DNA of 64,000 nt, from assembly GCA_963737655.1 (NCBI GenBank), contig CAVTTN010000002.1:4768001-4832000 (forward strand). Reading direction: 5' to 3'. Positions 10,317-20,394 of this stretch are shown here, piece by piece. Under the pieces are notes generated by a model. That model was not told the DNA's origin and made no database searches. It saw only the letters and a program-made list of their open reading frames with translations. Position 1 is the first letter of the stretch, and each line of letters opens with the position of its first letter. A program made the translations under genes and the position numbers. Source of the DNA: an uncultured Planctomycetota bacterium (lineage in GTDB: Bacteria > Planctomycetota > Planctomycetia > Isosphaerales > Isosphaeraceae).

Positions 10317-11450
10317 ATGAAGACGCTGGCCGGGCACGTGGCGACCGCCCTGATCACGCTGACGGTCGTCCTGATGTGGCTGGGGGACCGGGGGCGGCCG
10401 GGCGGGGATCGGGTCGAGGGGTCTCGGGAGGCGGAGTATGTGCCCTCGGCCGTGCCTCCGCCGCTGCCGGCGGCCTCCGACCTGGATGAGCAGATCAACA
10501 TCCGCGTCTACGAGGCCGACAACCGGGGCGTGGTGAACATCACGGCGAGCTCCGGCGGCTCGGGCCTCGTGGACGACGAGCCGGGCGGGGGGACGGGCTC
10601 GGGGTTCGTCCTGGACCGCCGGGGGCGGATCGTCACGAACTTCCACGTCGTCTCCGGGGCCGACTCGCTGGAAGTGACCCTGTTCGACGGCTCGACGGTG
10701 CCGGCGAGCGTCGTCGGGGTCGATTCGTCGAACGACGTGGCGGTGGTGAAGGTGGACGTGCCCGAGGCCAAGCTATTCCCCCTGGCCCTGGGGGAATCCT
10801 CGGGTCTGAAGGTCGGTCAAAAGGTCCTGGCGCTGGGCAACCCGTTCGGGCTCCAGAGGACGCTCACCACGGGCATCATCTCGAGCCTGGACCGGACGAT
10901 CCGGGCCAAGAACGGCCGGACGATCAAGGGGATCATCCAGACCGACGCGGCGATCAACCCGGGGAACTCGGGCGGGCCGCTGCTGAATTCGCGAGGCGAG
11001 GTGATCGGCGTGAACACGGCGATCCTGAGCCACGTCGGGCAGTCGGCGGGGATCGGGTTCGCGGTGCCGATCAACACGGTCAAGCGCGTGCTGAAGCCCC
11101 TGATCGAGCACGGCCACGTCGTCCGGGCCGACCTGGGCTTGCGGCAGGTCTACCCGACGGATCGGGGGATCTTCATCCTCGATCTGGTCGGCGGAGGGCC
11201 CGCCGAGCAGGCCGGGCTGAAGCCGTTGCCGCTGGTCATCGAGCGGTTCGGGCGCTATTACCGGAAGAGGCCCGATCCCGACTCGGCCGACCGGATCGTC
11301 GCCATCGACGGCAAGCCGGTCAAGACGGTCGACGAGATGCTCTCGGAGGTCGAGGCCCACAACCCGGGCGACGTGGTGACGGTCCGGGTGATCCGCGAGG
11401 GCAAGGCCCGCGACGTGCCGGTGACCCTGGGGCAATCCGAAGGCGGATGA
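10317..11450 (+). CDS. HtrA/DegP-like S1C serine protease with PDZ domain
   Basis: GSGF, TNFHV, DVAV, QTDAAINPGNSGGPL; C-terminal PDZ. Confidence 0.93.
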   Translation: MKTLAGHVATALITLTVVLMWLGDRGRPGGDRVEGSREAEYVPSAVPPPLPAASDLDEQINIRVYEADNRGVVNITASSGGSGLVDDEPGGGTGSGFVLDRRGRIVTNFHVVSGADSLEVTLFDGSTVPASVVGVDSSNDVAVVKVDVPEAKLFPLALGESSGLKVGQKVLALGNPFGLQRTLTTGIISSLDRTIRAKNGRTIKGIIQTDAAINPGNSGGPLLNSRGEVIGVNTAILSHVGQSAGIGFAVPINTVKRVLKPLIEHGHVVRADLGLRQVYPTDRGIFILDLVGGGPAEQAGLKPLPLVIERFGRYYRKRPDPDSADRIVAIDGKPVKTVDEMLSEVEAHNPGDVVTVRVIREGKARDVPVTLGQSEGG

Positions 11451-11543
11451 ACCGGCAGGCCTTCATGGAACGCGAGGAAGGACGCGATCCGCGGAGGGCG
11501 CGGATCGCGTTTCTTCCCGGTTTTTCCGGCGGCTGGTGGGATT

Positions 11544-11672
11544 TTCGATGGAGCGTGGCGGTTGACTTCCGACCAGACCTCTGCGCCCCTCGTAGGGCAG
11601 GCCCTGGCCTGCCGTCGGTCTCGGCAGGCCAGGGCCTGCCCTACGAATGGTCAACCGCCACGCTCCATCGAA
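11544..11672. repeat. Nested palindrome: family A REP doublet (11590-11646) inside a different 23-bp inverted repeat
   Basis: Outer TTCGATGGAGCGTGGCGGTTGAC at 11544-11566 with its reverse complement at 11650-11672; inner TCGTAGGGCAGGCCCTGGCCTGCCG inverted repeat. Confidence 0.9.
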
Positions 11673-11679
11673 GACCGCG

Positions 11680-13605
11680 CTACTCTTCGGTCAAGCGGGC
11701 CAGGGCGGGGACGGCGTCGAACGGCTCGGCGGAGGGCTGGACGTGGGTGTAGTCGTGGACCAGCGCCCCGGTTTGCCCGACGAAGAAGTTGTGGCCGGCG
11801 GCCACTTCGAGGTTGAACACCGGCTGGACCTTGTTCGGCGAGACGCTCCGGACGGTCTCGGTGCCGTTGACGGTCCGCACCGAGTCGCCCGGCTTGAGGT
11901 CCCGGGCCATCACCCAGCCGTGACCCGCCTTCCAGAAGCGGTGGATGCCGGTCGCGACGATCGTTTCGTCGCCGATCTTGACGTCCAGGGTGGCGGCGGG
12001 CTTGTTGTGGTAGGCGGCGACCACGGGGGCGAACTGGAGCTTGCCCGAGGCCACGTCCCGCGTCAGGACATCGTCGCCGACCTTGATCGACTCGATCGGC
12101 CGGAGGCCGGATCGGGTCGTCACCGGGGTCCCCTCGGCGAAGCAGGCGCTGTGGGTCCGGGCCTGGATGTAATTGGGCGCGTAGTTCAGCGGGACGGCCT
12201 GATCGAAGGTGGGCTTCATCGTGGTCCGGGTGGACCCGGAATCGACGGCGTAGCCCTGCTGGTCGGCCCACCACTGGCTCCAGGACTCGCGGTCGGAGCC
12301 GAGGTCCGTGCCGGTGGCGGCCGAGAGGAGGTTGCGGACGCCGTCGTTCCAGACGCGGGCCTCGTCGTTGGCGCGGTCGATGGCGGCGGCGTCGTCGAGC
12401 ATCTGCTGCTGGGCGGCGGCGGTGGCCTTCTGGGCCTCGGCGATGTTCTGGACGATCGCCGCCTGCCGGCGATCCTGGAGGTTCCTCGCGCCGGCCTGGA
12501 GGTCGGCCGGGACCTGGGGGTTGGTCGCCTGGAGGAAGCGGACCTCGGTGGTATCGACGGGGATCACGACGCCCTCGGCCCTCTGGGCGAGGAACTGGCG
12601 GGTCTGCTCGGGCAGGGGCGGCGGGTCGTAGGTCCGGCGGACGTTGTATTCCTTCCCTTCGACGAACAGGACGCCCGGCGACCCGGGGCCTCCGACTCGG
12701 CGGATCTCGTACTTCAGGACCTCGCGGAACGCCTCGATCACGGCCGGGACGAAGTCGCGGGCGTCGCGGCGGGCGAGGGTCTCGATGGCCGCCCGGCGGA
12801 CCTCGGCCGAGCCGCCGTGGAGGGCCAGGACGACGAGCTCTCTGGACGCCGCGGGCCCGTCGATCTGGCCGAGCACCTGGACGGCCTTCGCCTGGTCGGC
12901 CTCCCGGCCGGAGCCGAACACCTTCATCACGGCCGAGGCGGCGCGGGGGTCGGTGAAGGCGGCCAGCGCGGCCTCGGCGACGTCGTGCCTCTTCTTGTCG
13001 CCCAGCCAGGCCCTGAGCTTGGCCAGTCGGGGGACGGCCCGCTTCTCGGAGATCTCTCGGGCGCGGTTCTCCGAGGACCTCCGGGCGATCTCCTCGGGCG
13101 AGAGCCATCGGCCGTCGATCTTCTTGCAGCCCAGGCGGGCCCAGGCGGCGTCGCGCCTGGGGTCCAGCCGGGTCACGGCCGTGTAGTGGCTGCGGGCCTC
13201 GGCGGTGAGCCCCTGCTTGTCGCACCAGGCGGCCAGCTTCCACTGGGCGTCGGCGGTGTTGGGGGTCTCGGCCTTGCGGGCGTTGTACTCGGCGAGACGG
13301 GCGGCGAGGCGGGCGTCGGCGGCGGTCTTCTCGCCGACGTCGGCGGGGTCTCGCCAGCGGCCGCCGTCCCTGACCTGGCCGAGCAGCCCCCGGGCCGATT
13401 CGTTGGTCGGTTCGGCCATGACGGCCAGGGCCAAATGGGTCCGCCTCTCGGCGTCCATCCCGTGCTTCTCGCACCACAGGGCCAGGCGGACGTGGGCCGA
13501 GGCGTCTCGGCCGGCGGTCGCGGCGGCGGCCTTGTAGGCGGCCACTTCCTCGGATGACGCGGGCGGGGTCACCGCCAGGAGCAAGCTGCAAGCCAGGGCG
13601 ATCAT
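11680..13605 (-). CDS. Exported helical-repeat (TPR/HEAT) protein with C-terminal Hint domain
   Basis: Signal peptide; helical repeats; ACFAEGTPV...TGIHRF...VFNLEVAAGHNFFVG...LVHD. Confidence 0.88.
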   Translation of the reverse strand: MIALACSLLLAVTPPASSEEVAAYKAAAATAGRDASAHVRLALWCEKHGMDAERRTHLALAVMAEPTNESARGLLGQVRDGGRWRDPADVGEKTAADARLAARLAEYNARKAETPNTADAQWKLAAWCDKQGLTAEARSHYTAVTRLDPRRDAAWARLGCKKIDGRWLSPEEIARRSSENRAREISEKRAVPRLAKLRAWLGDKKRHDVAEAALAAFTDPRAASAVMKVFGSGREADQAKAVQVLGQIDGPAASRELVVLALHGGSAEVRRAAIETLARRDARDFVPAVIEAFREVLKYEIRRVGGPGSPGVLFVEGKEYNVRRTYDPPPLPEQTRQFLAQRAEGVVIPVDTTEVRFLQATNPQVPADLQAGARNLQDRRQAAIVQNIAEAQKATAAAQQQMLDDAAAIDRANDEARVWNDGVRNLLSAATGTDLGSDRESWSQWWADQQGYAVDSGSTRTTMKPTFDQAVPLNYAPNYIQARTHSACFAEGTPVTTRSGLRPIESIKVGDDVLTRDVASGKLQFAPVVAAYHNKPAATLDVKIGDETIVATGIHRFWKAGHGWVMARDLKPGDSVRTVNGTETVRSVSPNKVQPVFNLEVAAGHNFFVGQTGALVHDYTHVQPSAEPFDAVPALARLTEE

Positions 13606-13822
13606 CGACGTCCCTCCGCGAAAGGCGATCGGACGGGCCCCGACGAGAGGACGGGATGGGACGGCAAGCGCCGTGCCCTCCCGAGAGGGCCGAGATGAGA
13701 GGGGAACCCGGGGCGGACCGAACCAGGATGTCCGGGGCCTCCGGTGCCGTCCCGAGTGTGACGACCTACCATCAAGGATGCAATCGAAATCCGGACGAAT
13801 TCGGATTCGAAGCGGGTAGAGA

Positions 13823-13913
13823 GGGTGTAGCTCCCGAATCTGGAGTTTTTTCGGGTGCCCCCGGTTCGAGAACCGGGGGCACGCCAGAAGCTCCAGATTC
13901 CAGAGCGATACCC
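13823..13913. repeat. 91-bp palindromic MITE-like element, family D, copy 1
   Basis: Central hairpin GTGCCCCCGGTTC-GA-GAACCGGGGGCAC; near-identical inverted copy at 59244-59334. Confidence 0.88.
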
Positions 13914-14233
13914 AGGGAGAGAGCCGGGGCCCCGCGGATTCGGGACAACCGATCGGTCCCGCCCTCCTCAGACGCCCCCCGGCGGCGCCGAGTTCCCTCG
14001 ACCCGGGCCGATTCGCAACGGGCCCGGCGAACGTCCCTCGCAAGACAGAGCGGACGGACCGCCCCGATCCGGACGCGGGAAGCGCCGATCGCGCCGATCG
14101 CCCCGATCGGAGGGGGCGCGGGCCGGGGCCGGGGCCTCCGGGGAGTGATCCGCAACGGATCGAAGTTCGATAGAACATTCGCCGGGCCAGGGACGGGCCC
14201 GAGGGACCGTGGACGGACCAGGGAGGGCGCGCG

Positions 14234-15685
14234 ATGAGTGAGGACGGCGGCAGGAGGCTCTCCGGTCGGATTCGGGCCGTCGTGGCGGCGGTGGCCGTGG
14301 CGGTCGGGGGCCTGGAGGCCCGGGCCCAGGCGCCGCCTCCGGCGGGAGCCGGGTCGCCCGGGGGCCCGGCGGCGAGCCCGGCGACGGCCCCGAGCCGGCC
14401 GTCGGCCCCGTACCAGCCCGCCTCGGGCCCTCCGCCGACGGACGGCTCGACGACCGACGAACCCGCGTTGCCCGCCGCGCCCTCGGGCCCGATGGGGCGA
14501 GTCGCCGGGGTCCTGCCCCTGCCCTTGCCGGGCCGGGCGAGCCGGGGAATCCCGCCTCCGGGCCAGCCCGGACGGTCCGGCCGCCCTCGACCCGGCAGCA
14601 TCTTCGACCCCGGCGCCGCCGGGCCCGGGATCAGCCAGTCCGGGACCGAGAATTTCCTGGATGGCGCCCTCGACCCGAAGACCGGATGGCCCTTCGTCTT
14701 CCTCGACCACTTCGCCCCCAGGCCCGAGCGGGTGCGGAACCTCTGGATCGTCCAGACCCGCGCCTGCCCCCAGGAGATGGGTTCCGACCCCTGGCCTTGC
14801 CTGAAGGTCAAGCACTTCAACGACGACGGCAGCCTCGTCGAGCGTCCGTTGGCGGAGCTCCTGGCCCAGACCATCGGCCGCCCCGTCCTGATCGTCGTCC
14901 AGGGGAGCCTGACCACGGCCGACGCGGCCCTCGGCGGCCTCCTCTGGACGCATAGCTGGCTCCAGGCCGATGGCGCGATCCTGCCCGAGACCGTCGTGAT
15001 CGCCTTCGACTGGCCGAGCCAGCGGATCTATCGCAACGACTTCAAGGACATCAACGAGAAGGGCCGTCGGGCGTTCATCGCCGGCTACCACCTCGCCCGG
15101 TTCGTCCTGGCATTCCCCCCCGAGAGCCGGATTTGCCTGCTGGGCCAGAGCTACGGAGGCCGAGTGGTCCCCTCGGCGCTCCACCTCCTGGGCGGAGGCG
15201 CGCTGGACAGCGAGTCGCACGACCCGGCCGTCGCCCTGCCCGGGGTTCGGCCCGACCTCCACCTCCGAGGGATCATCCTGGCCGCGGCGAGCGACCATAC
15301 CTGGCTCGACCCGGGCGAGCGGTTCGACCGTGTCCTGTACGCCTCGGAGGCGTTCCTGAACCTGTACAACCGCCGGGACGAGGCGCTGAGGTTCTACCCG
15401 GCCCTGATCCGCAGCGACCACCACCACGCCCTGGGCAAGCTCGGCCTGAAGAACTCGGATTTCGAGACGCTCGGCCCCCTGGCGGCGAGGTATCGAGAAT
15501 CCGACGTCCACGACGACCTCGGCCGCGAACATACGTTGCTCGACGCCACGGCCAACCGCCGGATCGCCCGATTGATGGCCCCCTACGCCTGGGCCCCCGA
15601 CCCCGGCCCCCTGCCCCAGCGCGACATGACCGAGCCCGACCGCTATCAGGGCAACCTGTTCACCGGCAGACGACGGGTCAAGTGA
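14234..15685 (+). CDS. Exported alpha/beta hydrolase (DUF900-like)
   Basis: Signal peptide, Pro-rich linker, AFDWPS, GQSYGG nucleophile elbow, NLYNRRD. Confidence 0.72.
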   Translation: MSEDGGRRLSGRIRAVVAAVAVAVGGLEARAQAPPPAGAGSPGGPAASPATAPSRPSAPYQPASGPPPTDGSTTDEPALPAAPSGPMGRVAGVLPLPLPGRASRGIPPPGQPGRSGRPRPGSIFDPGAAGPGISQSGTENFLDGALDPKTGWPFVFLDHFAPRPERVRNLWIVQTRACPQEMGSDPWPCLKVKHFNDDGSLVERPLAELLAQTIGRPVLIVVQGSLTTADAALGGLLWTHSWLQADGAILPETVVIAFDWPSQRIYRNDFKDINEKGRRAFIAGYHLARFVLAFPPESRICLLGQSYGGRVVPSALHLLGGGALDSESHDPAVALPGVRPDLHLRGIILAAASDHTWLDPGERFDRVLYASEAFLNLYNRRDEALRFYPALIRSDHHHALGKLGLKNSDFETLGPLAARYRESDVHDDLGREHTLLDATANRRIARLMAPYAWAPDPGPLPQRDMTEPDRYQGNLFTGRRRVK

Positions 15686-15719
15686 GAGGCGCTCCGAAAA
15701 TCCCTCTTGCGGGGGATGG

Positions 15720-15797
15720 ATCAGCAGGTCCGACTTCAGTCGGGCCTCCGAACCCGAGATTCTTCTCGTCGGCCCGACTGAAGTCGGACCTACTGAT
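15720..15797. repeat. REP doublet, family B (AGGTCCGACTTCAGTCGGGCC), copy 1
   Basis: About 27-bp inverted repeat between convergent genes. Confidence 0.88.
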
Positions 15798-15892
15798 CCT
15801 CTCTTCGCCGTCGGAAATCACCCGGCCGGATCGCCTCCGAGTCGCCCGCGGGCCCGGCCGATCGACGAGGCCCTCGGCGAGTCGCTCGAGGC

Positions 15893-18397
15893 TCAGGGCC
15901 GGGCGGTCCGGTAGGCGATGGCCCGCCGGACCGCCGGGGGCATCGGGGCGTCTTCCCCCTTGATCGCCTTCCAGAGGATCTCATTCAGCTCGAAATCGTC
16001 CACGCGATCATATTCCGAGAAATCCATCTTCGCCGACCTGGCCGCCCCGAACGCCTTGACCGTGTTCTTCGCGTTCAGGTCGATCCTCGGCTCCTCGTGG
16101 GCGAAGCCGGAGAGGTCCGCGCGGTCGGTGAAGCAGCGATACATCGGCGTGGCCGCGGCGTCGAACTGGCTGAGCGGCTTGAGCCCGAGGATCAATTCCA
16201 TCGTCCGGAGCATGCTGACGGTGCCGTACTGGGTACTGTCCAGCACCTTTCTCCGGGCGAAGGGGCTGATGACCAGGCCGATCGTCCGGTGGGCGTCCAC
16301 GTGGTCGGGCCCGTTCTGGGCGTCGTCCTCGATCACGAAGATCGCGGTCTTCGGCCACGATTTCGACTTCGTGACCGCCTCGACGAGTCGGCCCAGCGCC
16401 AGGTCATTGCTCGCCACGCACGCCTCGGGCGTGAACGTCCCGGGAGTCGTGCCGGTGGTGTGGTCCTCGCCCAGGCTCATCACGGTGAACCTCGGCAGGG
16501 TGCCGGCGGCGTCGTCCTTGCGGAACTCCTCCAGGAACGTCTCGACGCGGTCGGTGTCGCGGACCGGCGTTTTGTCCGGCTTGGGCAGGCCCCAGTTCGG
16601 GCAGAAGTGGCCGACCAGCCCCGGCACGGCCCCCTCCATGCGGAACGAGCCGTCGGGCTCGCTGACCCTCCGCCCGTATTCGCCGTAGCTCCGGTACGAC
16701 AGCCCGGCCGCCTTGCACGCGTCCCACAGATAGCCCGACGGCGCCCTGGCCAGGTCGTGGTCGTCGTCGTCCTCGATCCCGGCGCGTCGCGAGTACGTCA
16801 GGGCCCAGTTCCTCGCGATGTAATCCGTGTTGTACGCCATCGTGGACCAGGGATGGCCGTCGGCCGAGACGTGGCCGTTGCAGTACAGGTTGTCCAGGAG
16901 GACGAACTCCTCGGCGAGCTTGTGGTGGTTCGGCGTCACCTTCTCGCCGAACATGCAGAGCGACGGGTCGCCGTTGCCCCGCTTGACGTCGCCGAAGACC
17001 TGATCATACGTCCGGTTTTCCTTGATGATGTAGATCACGTGCTCGATCGGGGACGGGTCGCCGACCTTCGTCGGGATCGCCGTCTTGAGCTCGGTCGGCG
17101 AGCCTTCGAGGAGCTTGTCGGAGTACGGGCAGTTCTTGTAGACGGCCTCGGTGAACGCGGCCAGGGCCTTGTCGTCGGGGATCGGGACGATCGACAGGGC
17201 GCCGGAGAGCGTGGTGCCGATGTACGGATATTTGCCCAGCCACATGAGCGATTCTTCGGGGATCGCCTTCGTCCGCCGGGCCTCCTCGACCTTCGCCGCG
17301 AACTCCGCGTTGAACGGGTTCGCCTTCGTCTGGTTCCCCTTGCCGACGCCCACCAGCAGCGTCTTGCCGTCGGGCGTGACGGCCACCGACGAGGGATACC
17401 AGCCCGTCGGGATGAACCCCTTCACGGCGCTCCGGCCGGGCGCCTCGACGTCGATCACCGCGACGCAATTGTTGTCGGCGTTGGCGACGAACAGCGTCTT
17501 GCCGTCGGGCGAGACGGCCAGGGCGTCGGGCGTCGAGCCTTCCGGGGCCCGGGGGAACAGGGCCGTCGAGATCGTCTCCACCACCGCGTCCTCCTTCGGG
17601 TCGATCGCCGAGACCGAGTTGCTCGACGCGCAGGCGACGAACACCCGGCCGTCGGTCGGGTGGATCGCGACCTGGTTCGGGTGCTCGCCCACGGCGATCG
17701 TGGCCGAGAGCGCGAGCGTCTCCGGGTCGAACGCGCGGACGCTGCGATCGGCCCAGTCGGAGACATAAAGGCGCTTGCCGTCCCGAGAGAACTTCACATC
17801 ATACGGCCTCTGGCCCACCCAGGCCGTCGCCGGGACGTCCTTCGAGCCGATGACCTCGCGGCGGAGGAGCCCGGCGGAGACGTCGAGCGAATAGAGCCGT
17901 TTCCCCTCGGGGTCGAGCGTCAGGCCCGAGCGGAAATGCTCCTTGGTCGAGCGGTCGGGCTTCGGCTCCTCGGCGCCGACTCGGGCGATCGTGTCGCCGT
18001 CGCGGCGGAACTCGTGGGTCAGGGCCGCCCCGCCGCCCGACCACCACACTCGGCCGGCCTTCTCGTCGCTGGCCAGGCCGAACCAGCTCTGCTTGACCGT
18101 CGCGGACGAGACCTCGGCCTTCTTCGCCAGGTCGATCACCGAGAGCTTGTGGTCATTGAACCCGCTGGTGGCGACCAGGGCCGTCTTCGAGTCGGCCGAG
18201 GGGAGGATGTTGAGCGGCAGGTCGTTCAGGAGGACCTGATCGCCGGCCGGCGTGAGCGTCCAGCCGTTGGGCAGGAGGAAGCCGCGATCGGTCGGGCCGG
18301 CGACGCGGGGCTTCTCGGCGTCCTGGGCGATCGAGCCGAGCGCGAGGACGACGAGCAGGGAGGCCGCAAGGGCCGAGATCCGGGGGATGCGCACCAC
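15893..18397 (-). CDS. YVTN/YncE beta-propeller fused to a phosphoesterase (alkaline phosphatase superfamily) domain
   Basis: YVTN-like repeats (IPTGWYP, VGEHP); YIIKENRTYDQ, SADGH, EDDAQNGPDHVDAHR; GTG start preceded by GGAGA. Confidence 0.9.
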   Translation of the reverse strand: MVRIPRISALAASLLVVLALGSIAQDAEKPRVAGPTDRGFLLPNGWTLTPAGDQVLLNDLPLNILPSADSKTALVATSGFNDHKLSVIDLAKKAEVSSATVKQSWFGLASDEKAGRVWWSGGGAALTHEFRRDGDTIARVGAEEPKPDRSTKEHFRSGLTLDPEGKRLYSLDVSAGLLRREVIGSKDVPATAWVGQRPYDVKFSRDGKRLYVSDWADRSVRAFDPETLALSATIAVGEHPNQVAIHPTDGRVFVACASSNSVSAIDPKEDAVVETISTALFPRAPEGSTPDALAVSPDGKTLFVANADNNCVAVIDVEAPGRSAVKGFIPTGWYPSSVAVTPDGKTLLVGVGKGNQTKANPFNAEFAAKVEEARRTKAIPEESLMWLGKYPYIGTTLSGALSIVPIPDDKALAAFTEAVYKNCPYSDKLLEGSPTELKTAIPTKVGDPSPIEHVIYIIKENRTYDQVFGDVKRGNGDPSLCMFGEKVTPNHHKLAEEFVLLDNLYCNGHVSADGHPWSTMAYNTDYIARNWALTYSRRAGIEDDDDHDLARAPSGYLWDACKAAGLSYRSYGEYGRRVSEPDGSFRMEGAVPGLVGHFCPNWGLPKPDKTPVRDTDRVETFLEEFRKDDAAGTLPRFTVMSLGEDHTTGTTPGTFTPEACVASNDLALGRLVEAVTKSKSWPKTAIFVIEDDAQNGPDHVDAHRTIGLVISPFARRKVLDSTQYGTVSMLRTMELILGLKPLSQFDAAATPMYRCFTDRADLSGFAHEEPRIDLNAKNTVKAFGAARSAKMDFSEYDRVDDFELNEILWKAIKGEDAPMPPAVRRAIAYRTARP

Positions 18398-18513
18398 GAT
18401 GGCCGTCTCCGGGTGGGGATCGAATCGCGATCGAGTCGGTCGGGCGATGGTCGGTCGCCCATCGTCACCGATCGCCCCCGGGGCGTCCAATGCGTTTTTC
18501 GAGAAGATTGCGG

Positions 18514-19286
18514 CTACCGCACGGCCTCCACCGCGTTGCGGAAGATCCGCAGGCCGTCCCCTTCGGCCCTGGGTCCGAGCCGGGTCCATCGGGGGTGATG
18601 GTACGGGTCGATGAACCGCTCGGGATGGGGCATCAGGCCGAAGACGCGGCCCGAGGGGTCGCACACCCCGGCCGCCGCCCGGGCCGAGCCGTTGGGATTG
18701 GCGGGATAGGCGTCGGTCGGACGGCCGCTTTCATCGACATACTTCAGGACGATCCGATTCGAGGCGTCCAGGGCCTCGACCGCGGCGCCGTCGGAGGCGA
18801 GGAACCGGCCCTCGCCGTGGGCCACGGGCAATTCGAGGGGTTCGTCGTCGGCGAGGAACGGGGTCGAGCCCTTCGCGGGCTTCAGCCGGACCCATCGGGC
18901 CTCGAACCGGCCGGAGGCGTTGCGGGCGAGGGTCGTCGGCCCGCTCGGATCGCCGCCCGGGAGCAGCCCCGCGCGGACGAGCACCTGGAACCCGTTGCAG
19001 ACGCCGAGGATCAGCCTGCCGCGATCGCGGAAGCGATGAAGGGCCTCGCCGAACGGCGCCGCCAGCTTCGAGGCGAAGACCCGGCCGGCGCCGAGGTCGT
19101 CGCCGAACGAGAACCCGCCGGGGATCGTCAGGACGGCGAAGCGATCGAGCGCCCCGGGCCCTCCTCGACCAGCCGAGCCAGGTGCCACGTCTCGGGATCG
19201 GCCCCGGCGGCCGACCACGCCGCCGAGGTCTCCTCGTCGCAGTTCGTCCCGGGGGCTCGAAGGATCAAGGCGCGAGGTCGGGGCAT
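18514..19286 (-). CDS. purQ: FGAM synthase glutaminase subunit, apparent frameshift near 19160
   Basis: ILRAPGTNCDEE in one frame; PGGFSFGDDLGAG, GVCNGFQ, AHGEG and GLMPHPER in another. Confidence 0.92.
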
Positions 19287-19302
19287 GGTCCCTCCTGAGT
19301 GA

Positions 19303-19533
19303 TCAGCGGTCGGTTGTCAGCGGTCAGCTTTCGGCGGTCAGCGGTCGGCGGTCGGTTCTACGGAGGGGCATTCGCTTGTGCAAGGAAGGGTGCAGGAGGT
19401 CCGACTTCAGTCGGGCCTACTTCGTCGGAATCGTCGGGTAGGCCCGACTGAAGTCGGACCTCCTGCACCCCTCGACCCGGTGGGGAAGCTCATCGGAGAA
19501 CTGCCGACCGCTGACAACTGACAACCGACAACT
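19303..19533. repeat. Inverted heptamer tandem arrays enclosing a family B REP doublet
   Basis: About 8 TCAGCGG-like units at 19303-19358 and complementary GACAACT/GACCGCT units at 19499-19533; inner perfect 33-bp inverted repeat at 19388-19420 and 19438-19470. Confidence 0.88.
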
Positions 19534-20394
19534 TCAATAACTCGTATCATGAACCGACGGCGGATAACCCGAGCCCGAGCCCGAGCCGGACCCGGGGCCG
19601 AAATCCATCTCGGAGCGATAGGCGAGGTTCCGTCGGATCAGGTCCGCCTCATACACCTGGACGACGAAATCGGCGGCGATCTTCAGCCGCGACGAGGTGC
19701 CCTTGGAGGCGAAGTCGCTGGCGGCCCCCCGGCGGAACTCGACCACGCCGACGTGCTTGGCCTTGCCCTTCACGTAGTTGATGCCGGGGATGCCGTCGGC
19801 GTCTCCCGAGATCAACAGGGCAACGTCGTAGGTGTCCATCAGCGCGATCATATCGACGGCCAGGCTCGTGTCGAGGCCCTTCTCATTCATGGTGTGGTGG
19901 AGCAGGTCGACCTTCCAGTGCCCTTCCTGGCGGATCTCGACGAAGTCGGTGGCGGCCTGGACCCCGTGATAGAAGCGCTTCTTGCGCTCCAGGGCCCGGC
20001 GCTTGCCGTCGTACCACTCGCGGGTCTGGGCGAAGCAGAGGTTCCAGGCTTCCTCGACGCGCCTCTCCGGCGGGAGCTCGGGACGGGCCCGGACCACGTC
20101 GTCGATGTAGCCGTCGCGGAGCCGGGGGTTGAGCTCGAACCTCTGGCGGAGGCGGGATTCGGCCTTCGGGTCGTTCAGGTCCCACTCGTCCATCTTGCCG
20201 ACGACATACCAGTAGATGCGCGAATGCTGGGCCGAGTCCCACGGGGCGCCGTCGGCGAACGTGCGGCCCCAGTTCTGCACGCTCTGCTCGAAGAGGTGGC
20301 GATAGAACGAGCCATAATCATCGACCCGGAGGTTCAGGTGCTTCAGCACGCCGTCCAGGTTCGATCCATCCACGAAGGTCACGAAGCGTTGCAT
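19534..20394 (-). CDS. NYN domain (LabA/DUF88, PIN-like) protein
   Basis: FVDGSN, EKGLDTSLAVD, LISGDAD, SRLKIAADF. Confidence 0.9.
   Translation of the reverse strand: MQRFVTFVDGSNLDGVLKHLNLRVDDYGSFYRHLFEQSVQNWGRTFADGAPWDSAQHSRIYWYVVGKMDEWDLNDPKAESRLRQRFELNPRLRDGYIDDVVRARPELPPERRVEEAWNLCFAQTREWYDGKRRALERKKRFYHGVQAATDFVEIRQEGHWKVDLLHHTMNEKGLDTSLAVDMIALMDTYDVALLISGDADGIPGINYVKGKAKHVGVVEFRRGAASDFASKGTSSRLKIAADFVVQVYEADLIRRNLAYRSEMDFGPGSGSGSGSGYPPSVHDTSY

Noticed and set aside
11680..13605. Polymorphic toxin system
   Set aside because: No toxin domain after the Hint domain and no immunity gene.
13823..13886. tRNA-like appearance (GGGTGTAGCTC...GGTTCGA...CCA)
   Set aside because: Only 64 nt with no D or anticodon arm; the second copy lacks TTCGA in the same orientation; better explained as a palindrome.
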